From assembly GCA_964448115.1 (NCBI GenBank), contig CAYUVA010000018.1, positions 1 to 64,000 on the forward strand: a stretch of DNA of 64,000 nt, read 5' to 3'. Positions within the stretch are counted from its first letter, which is position 1, and the number at the start of each line of letters is the position of its first letter. The notes under the pieces were generated by a model. That model was not told the origin of the DNA, ran no database searches, and saw only the letters and a program-made list of their open reading frames with translations. Below are positions 58,387 through 64,000 of the stretch, one piece after another. The DNA comes from an uncultured bacterium. GTDB lineage: Bacteria > CAYUVA01. A program made the translations under genes and the position numbers.

Positions 58387-59670
58387 CTATTTCTTTCCTT
58401 TAACGAAGTCCTTTATCCACTCGGTTGAGACCGACTTCGGTCTGGTGATCGGGGTGCCTAGTGCACGATTGATCACCAACTGTGCCAGCATTCCCATTGT
58501 ACGAGAGACGCTAAAGAAGACGGTGTAGAAGGGGAACTCTGTAATGCCGTAGTGATATAGTGCTGCGCCACTTCCGGCATCGACATTCGGCCACGGGTTC
58601 TTCGCCTTGCCGTGCTCCTTAAGGATATCCGGAACCGTCTGGAACATCAGATCGACCGTCTTGAAGACCTGGTCATCCGGGTAGTACTTCTTGCCGAATT
58701 CATAAAGGGCTGTAAACCTTGGATCTGTAACCCTAAGCACGGCATGTCCGTAGCCGGGGATAACCTGCCTGTTGTTCAGCAATGACCAGGCATAGTCTGT
58801 CAACTGCTGCTTGGTCGGCACGCCGCCGTATTTCTCGATCAATGAAAGCACGAATCCCAGGCACTCCTGGTTTGCCAATCCGTGCAGCGGTCCTGCCAGC
58901 CCGTTCAATCCAGCCGATACGGCATAATAAGCATCGGAAAGCGCGGAGCCGACCGTGTGGCAGGTGTTGGCGCTTACATTGCCTCCCTCGTGGTCGCAGT
59001 GCAGGGTCAGGTATAGCCTCACCAGGTCTGCAAACTCGCCATCAGGGTCATCAAGCCCTAGCATCCGTGCATAATTTCCACCCCAGTCCAGGTCAGGATT
59101 CGACTCGATGCGTGGACCCTTGCCGAAGCGAAGTCGATAGACCCCGGCAGCGATGACGGGGATCTTTGCCAATATGTTCAACGCATCCTCCAAAGTCGGC
59201 TGCCAGTACTCCTCCTTGGGCATCCCCTCCTTGTATCTCTGTGCGAACCTTGACATCGGCTGTAAGAGCAGCACCGCTGAGTCGAGCATGGTCATGGGGT
59301 GCGTGTCATTAGGCATAGCCTCCAGAACCCTCCATATATATTCTGGTACATTGGCTCTGTTAGCCAGGTCTTTTTGCAGCGAAGCCAGCTCATCATCGGT
59401 TGGTTTTCTTCCAGTGAGCAGCAAGAAGAATATCGCCTCGGGCAACTGATCCGTGAGATTGGCGATGGGAATTCCCCTTATGATCAGCCCCTTGTCAGGC
59501 TCCACCACCGAGGTATCGCAAACCATTCCCTTTACGCCGCGCATCCCGCCATAAGCCTGTGCAACAGTAACCTCGGAGATGACTACATTACCGTATTCCT
59601 TAAGGAGACCTCTTATTTCCTGCCTCATGGAATCGACTTGACTTCCAAAAACATCATGTAAACTCGGCAT
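58387..59670 (-). CDS. gltA: Citrate (Si)-synthase, eukaryote-like type
   Basis: YGGMRG, DHEGGNVSA, GLAGPLHGLANQE, PGYGHAVLRVTDPR, NPWPNVDA. Confidence 0.95.
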   Translation of the reverse strand: MPSLHDVFGSQVDSMRQEIRGLLKEYGNVVISEVTVAQAYGGMRGVKGMVCDTSVVEPDKGLIIRGIPIANLTDQLPEAIFFLLLTGRKPTDDELASLQKDLANRANVPEYIWRVLEAMPNDTHPMTMLDSAVLLLQPMSRFAQRYKEGMPKEEYWQPTLEDALNILAKIPVIAAGVYRLRFGKGPRIESNPDLDWGGNYARMLGLDDPDGEFADLVRLYLTLHCDHEGGNVSANTCHTVGSALSDAYYAVSAGLNGLAGPLHGLANQECLGFVLSLIEKYGGVPTKQQLTDYAWSLLNNRQVIPGYGHAVLRVTDPRFTALYEFGKKYYPDDQVFKTVDLMFQTVPDILKEHGKAKNPWPNVDAGSGAALYHYGITEFPFYTVFFSVSRTMGMLAQLVINRALGTPITRPKSVSTEWIKDFVKGKK

Positions 59671-59800
59671 CTTATCAACCCGTCCTTTCTACAACTATGA
59701 TTGGCTCGTTCTTTACTAACCATACAAAAGATCTTTTCTTCGGATTTCTTATGGTACATCTACTGCTAAAAAAATGCAATAGCTGGCTGCGAACGGTCTC

Positions 59801-61342
59801 CTATTCCCATTCTATGGTAGCTGGTGGTTTGCTGGAGATATCGTAAACAACTCGGTTGACCCCTTTGACCTCGTTTATTATGCGGTTTGATATCCTGCCA
59901 AGGAGATTATATGGTAGTTGTGCCCAGTCCGCGGTCATTCCATCATCGCTTCTCACAGCCCTTATTGCTATAACATTCTCGTAGCTTCGCTCATCCCCCA
60001 TGACGCCGACCGTCTTGATGGGAAGCAGCACGCCGAATGCCTGCCAAAGCTCGTAGTAAAGCCCGGCTGCCTTTATCTCGCCAACGATTATGTCATCAGC
60101 GTGTTGCAGGATTTTTATTCTCTCATCCGTAACCTCCCCAAGTATGCGCACGGCGAGCCCGGGTCCGGGGAACGGCTGCCTGAGGGCGATCGAGCGATCC
60201 AGTCCCAGCTTTAGGGCTACTTTTCGCACCTCATCCTTGAACAGGTAGCGCAGTGGTTCGATAAGCTCCAGCTTCATAACTTCGGGCAATCCGCCAACAT
60301 TATGGTGGCTCTTGATGGTCGCAGAGGGACCCTTTACGCTAACACTCTCTATGACATCGGGATACAGGGTTCCCTGCGCCAGGAAACGAATCCCCTTAAG
60401 CCTAGATGCAGCCTCCTCGAAGACGGCAATGAACTCCCTGCCGATGATCTTTCGTTTTTCTTCGGGATCGATCACATATTTTAATTTTGATAGGAATCTT
60501 TCCTTAGCATCGACAAGGGTTACTGGGAGGTGAAATTTTTCCTTGAACAGCTCGGTTACCTTTTGAGCCTCGTTCAGTCGTAGCAGTCCATTATCGATAA
60601 AGAAGCATTGTAATCGATCACCGATAGCTCGATGCACCAACATGGCAGTTACGCTGGAATCTACCCCTCCGCTGAGTGCACATATAACCTTTGCATCCTT
60701 AACTTTTTGCTTGATCAGCTCCACGGCTTCCTCGACAAATGAGCCCATGTTCCAGGAAGGGGTGCAATTGCATATCTTAAAGACAAAGTTTGCCAGGATC
60801 TTTTTTCCTCTTGTAGTATGTGCCACTTCGGGATGGAACTGCACCCCGTAGATCTTGCGATCATGGTCAGCTATGGCAGCAAGGGGGGCATTCGGTGTGC
60901 CGGCAAGGATCCTGAAGCCCCTTGGAAGCTCATCGATGCGATCCCCGTGGCTCATCCAGACATCGAGGTTGCCGCCTGGAGCCACGATCTCCTCGAACAG
61001 GTATCTGTCATCATGCACGGCAATATTTGCATAGCCATATTCCCTGGCTAGGGAGTGGCTGACCGAACCGCCAAGCAGCAGCGCTATAAGCTGCATTCCA
61101 TAACAGATGCCTAAAATTGGGCATCCCAATTCCAGGAGCGCCATTTTTATCATCGGCGCGTTATCATCATAGACGCTCATCGGTCCGCCGGAGAGTATTA
61201 TCCCCGCTGGCTGGAAGCTTTCTACTTCGGCAAGGGATATATTGTAAGGTTGGATTTCGCTATAGACATTAAGTTCCCTTATGCGCCGTGCGATGAGTTG
61301 CGTATATTGTGAGCCGAAATCGATGATCAGTATCTTATCCAT
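59801..61342 (-). CDS. guaA: GMP synthase (glutamine-hydrolysing)
   Basis: [52 protein letters not shown]. Confidence 0.98.
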   Translation of the reverse strand: MDKILIIDFGSQYTQLIARRIRELNVYSEIQPYNISLAEVESFQPAGIILSGGPMSVYDDNAPMIKMALLELGCPILGICYGMQLIALLLGGSVSHSLAREYGYANIAVHDDRYLFEEIVAPGGNLDVWMSHGDRIDELPRGFRILAGTPNAPLAAIADHDRKIYGVQFHPEVAHTTRGKKILANFVFKICNCTPSWNMGSFVEEAVELIKQKVKDAKVICALSGGVDSSVTAMLVHRAIGDRLQCFFIDNGLLRLNEAQKVTELFKEKFHLPVTLVDAKERFLSKLKYVIDPEEKRKIIGREFIAVFEEAASRLKGIRFLAQGTLYPDVIESVSVKGPSATIKSHHNVGGLPEVMKLELIEPLRYLFKDEVRKVALKLGLDRSIALRQPFPGPGLAVRILGEVTDERIKILQHADDIIVGEIKAAGLYYELWQAFGVLLPIKTVGVMGDERSYENVIAIRAVRSDDGMTADWAQLPYNLLGRISNRIINEVKGVNRVVYDISSKPPATIEWE

Positions 61343-61448
61343 ACTATAGGATCCTTCCAGGATTATTTATCCCGATTCTCGTTTTATGATAGCAAATTTC
61401 CTCCCAAATGGGATCGATACCTTGGCTTTTTAATGATCAAAAAGTAGG

Positions 61449-63863
61449 TTATGGAGAGGATATCTTCACCTTTGGATTGGAGATTGGAAAACGTGGCTTG
61501 AACAGGATCAGACAAGCTGGGGTCAGGAAGAGATCCCCAACCAGCGCAGATGCCATAACCACCATGGATAAAGCGCCAAATATCGACGTTGCATCGAACT
61601 CGCTGAATAAAAGCAGGATGAATCCGCCGATCAGAATAACCGAGGTGAGCATGATCGCCCTGCCGGTGGTCATCATGGTCTCCTTTATAGCTAATTCATG
61701 ATCCCCCAGGCGACCGAACTCCTCCCTGAACCTGGAGAGGAAGTGTATGGTATCATCCACCGCCAAGCCCAATGCCACACAGAAGATTACCGAAGTTGAG
61801 GGCTTCAAGGCGATGCCTGCATATCCCATAATGCCCATTGCTATGGCTATAGGGATAAGGTTTGGGATCATGCTGATAAAGCCGATCTTAGGCGATCTAA
61901 AAACGATGGTCATCAATATACAGATCAGAAAAATAGCTAAGATAAGGCTCTTGATCAGATCCTTGACCATATTTAACAAGATATGCCATGCCAGAACCGA
62001 TGAACCGGTAATTGCATAGCTTATTCCTTCAATGCCAGCCAGCTCCTGGTTTATAATGATATTCAGCCCATCTACTAGTTCATCTCCTTTGGTTGAACCG
62101 ATATCATTGATTAAAAGCGATATTCTTGCGTTTCGGAAGGACTCATCTACCAGTGTGAAGATCTCCCGTTCCCCGGACATCTCGTATAGAAGTATAAGTT
62201 GTGCTGCCAATTCTTTGCTCTGCGGTACTCGATAGTATGCCACATCATCCCCATGCAGTGCGCTGTTCATCTTCATTAGAAGATCGACCATGCTCAGGGC
62301 TCTCCCCACATCGGGTAATTGCAATGCTTTTTCCTGGATCCGTCTTAGAGCACCTAGCACCTGTGGCTCCTTGAAGGCATCCATATTCTCGGCGGTTAGC
62401 AGGATCTCGATGGGTACCACGCCGTACAGGTTTTCCTCCATGAAGACATTCCCTTTATATAGATAAGTATGTTCCTTTATATCCTCGAAAAGACGAATCT
62501 CAGCCTTGATTCTCAAGATACCGATCATTGATAATACAATGATAATCGAGCCGATCATCATTACCAGCCAGGGATGCTTAGTCGTGTAATAGCCCAGAAA
62601 TACAAGTATCTTATTGATTAGTCCTCTTTCGAACTTTCTTTTCACCTTCCCGGAGGGGATCTTACAAAGGGATAATGAGACCGGCACCCCAGTTACCGAG
62701 ATAATGAAGGCGAAGATAGCGCCAGCAGCGGCGTAGATTCCGAACTCTCTTACCATGTTTACCGAGCTTATTGCCAAAGAGCCGAAGCCTATGGCAGTGG
62801 TTAATGCGGTCAAAAAACATGCTATTCCCACCAGGGAGAGGGTCCTTACGATGATCTTTCTTCTTGACATGCCCACCTCGATGGTCTGGTAGTACTGGGT
62901 CATTATGTGGATAGCCACCGCCACTCCGATAACAAGAATGAGGGTTGGCAGGACGGTGCTGACGATATTGATCTCGCTTCCAGTCAGTGCCATCAGTCCC
63001 ACGGTCCATATCAAACCGATTACGATCATGCTGCCAGGGATCAGCACTCCCGGCAGCGTCCGATATACCAAGGCCAACAAGATCGATATGAAAAGGGCTG
63101 CCAGTGGCGGAAAGATCGTGTTATCACGCTTGCTGAAGCGGACATACTCGTTTCTGACCATCGGCACTCCACCCAGATAGATCTGAGTGTTAAGTCGCTG
63201 GTTGTATTCGGGCAGAAATGATCTGATTTTGCTAAATATCTCCTGCCGATGTTCGTTGTCATCATAAGTCTCGTCTATATCAGCGAGTATAACGGCAGCG
63301 TTTCCATCCCTGGATACAAGATAGTCCCTGACCAGAGGATTATTCATGACCTTGTTTTTTATCGCCTGCGCCCCTTTTTTAGTCTTCGGAAGCGTTTGTA
63401 TAAGCTGTTGAACCGAGAAGCCATCGTCTGTACCTTCGATATCCATGAAATCAGTAAGGCTTTGCACCTTCTCGATATAGGGCAGCTCCTTGAATGCCCT
63501 GGTCAGCTCATCCAAGTGCCTTAGATTCTGTGGCGTGAAAAGCTCATCGACCCTGAAGGCGCATAAGATAGTATTGTCGCTCTCACCGAATAGATTTACC
63601 AATCGCTCGTAGTCCGCCTTTTTGGGATCATCAGAGAGGAAAAACGACTCCAGGGTAAAATTGAATCGGATCTGGACAGCATTATATGCCCCAAACAAGG
63701 TCAATGATATGATGATAACCATATAAACAAATCGGTGTTTGAGCATGAAAGCGGTGAGCCTGGCGAAGAAGTTCGAGGATTCAGCGTTATTCCCAGGTTG
63801 CGACAATCTATTTTTCGACCCTATTTCCATTTGCAGTGCATGATAGCACAAACAATTAACCAA
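61449..63863 (-). CDS. MMPL/RND-family transporter
   Basis: Two repeats of TM + large loop + 5 TM; TALTTAIGFGSL, GLAVDDTIH, TGRAIMLTS; start may be the ATG near 63830. Confidence 0.88.
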   Translation of the reverse strand: MVNCLCYHALQMEIGSKNRLSQPGNNAESSNFFARLTAFMLKHRFVYMVIIISLTLFGAYNAVQIRFNFTLESFFLSDDPKKADYERLVNLFGESDNTILCAFRVDELFTPQNLRHLDELTRAFKELPYIEKVQSLTDFMDIEGTDDGFSVQQLIQTLPKTKKGAQAIKNKVMNNPLVRDYLVSRDGNAAVILADIDETYDDNEHRQEIFSKIRSFLPEYNQRLNTQIYLGGVPMVRNEYVRFSKRDNTIFPPLAALFISILLALVYRTLPGVLIPGSMIVIGLIWTVGLMALTGSEINIVSTVLPTLILVIGVAVAIHIMTQYYQTIEVGMSRRKIIVRTLSLVGIACFLTALTTAIGFGSLAISSVNMVREFGIYAAAGAIFAFIISVTGVPVSLSLCKIPSGKVKRKFERGLINKILVFLGYYTTKHPWLVMMIGSIIIVLSMIGILRIKAEIRLFEDIKEHTYLYKGNVFMEENLYGVVPIEILLTAENMDAFKEPQVLGALRRIQEKALQLPDVGRALSMVDLLMKMNSALHGDDVAYYRVPQSKELAAQLILLYEMSGEREIFTLVDESFRNARISLLINDIGSTKGDELVDGLNIIINQELAGIEGISYAITGSSVLAWHILLNMVKDLIKSLILAIFLICILMTIVFRSPKIGFISMIPNLIPIAIAMGIMGYAGIALKPSTSVIFCVALGLAVDDTIHFLSRFREEFGRLGDHELAIKETMMTTGRAIMLTSVILIGGFILLLFSEFDATSIFGALSMVVMASALVGDLFLTPACLILFKPRFPISNPKVKISSP

Positions 63864-63888
63864 AGGGGAGATATCGATACAAATGTCT

Positions 63889-63999
63889 TTAGTGAATATA
63901 TCCCATGGTCTTCAGCATCTCGAGGCGCTCCTTGTCCAAGATCGGCACTGCAATCGATTCTCGGGATGGTAGATCGCTTACAAGTGCATCAAGAAGCTT
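63889..63999 (-). CDS. 3' end of a gene entering from beyond the window; sulfatase/alkaline-phosphatase-superfamily-like C-terminal motif
   Basis: Manual translation ...ILDKERLEMLKTMGYIH* resembles the L..E..E.L+.LGY tail. Confidence 0.5.
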   Translation of the reverse strand, partial: KLLDALVSDLPSRESIAVPILDKERLEMLKTMGYIH

Positions 64000-64000
64000 G

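Noticed and set aside
1-64000. CRISPR array, rRNA, tRNA, IS/integrase, reverse transcriptase
   Set aside because: No regularly spaced repeat-spacer array, tRNA cloverleaf, rRNA-like tract or mobile-element ORF was recognised by eye.

Overview
Gene-dense bacterial window of moderate GC, probably from an anaerobe (PFOR, class I fumarase beta subunit, eukaryote-like citrate synthase, Fe-S proteins, cobalamin-dependent radical SAM enzymes). Housekeeping genes include yebC-ruvC-ruvA-ruvB, guaA, tsaC, htpX, pepF, an AddB-like nuclease, an RpoD-like sigma factor and a DHH-CBS tRNA nucleotidyltransferase. There are also envelope and secretion genes (GspL/GspM-like, PilR-like, SurA-like, GT2/GT4/GT-C, MMPL) and two DUF4388 proteins. 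The main discovery is that four unlinked, unrelated secreted proteins (a Cys-rich repeat protein, an S8 protease, an Ig-like protein and a thioredoxin-like protein) all end in the same ~100-110 aa domain: P-x-I-x-x-[AG]-G-[YF]-[WM]-D-T ... W-P-x-L-x-V-x-x-stop. This looks like a lineage-specific C-terminal sorting or anchoring signal. Other observations: three families of short dispersed repeats (one always sense-oriented just after stop codons, one inserted in frame in a radical SAM gene), two pseudogenes (DsrE/YchN, absent from the ORF track, and an internally deleted CDF transporter), a GT2 gene that needs a non-canonical start codon, and a J-domain lacking HPD. I found no rRNA, tRNA, CRISPR array, transposase or integrase. 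All family assignments come from recognising motifs by eye; no database search was run.
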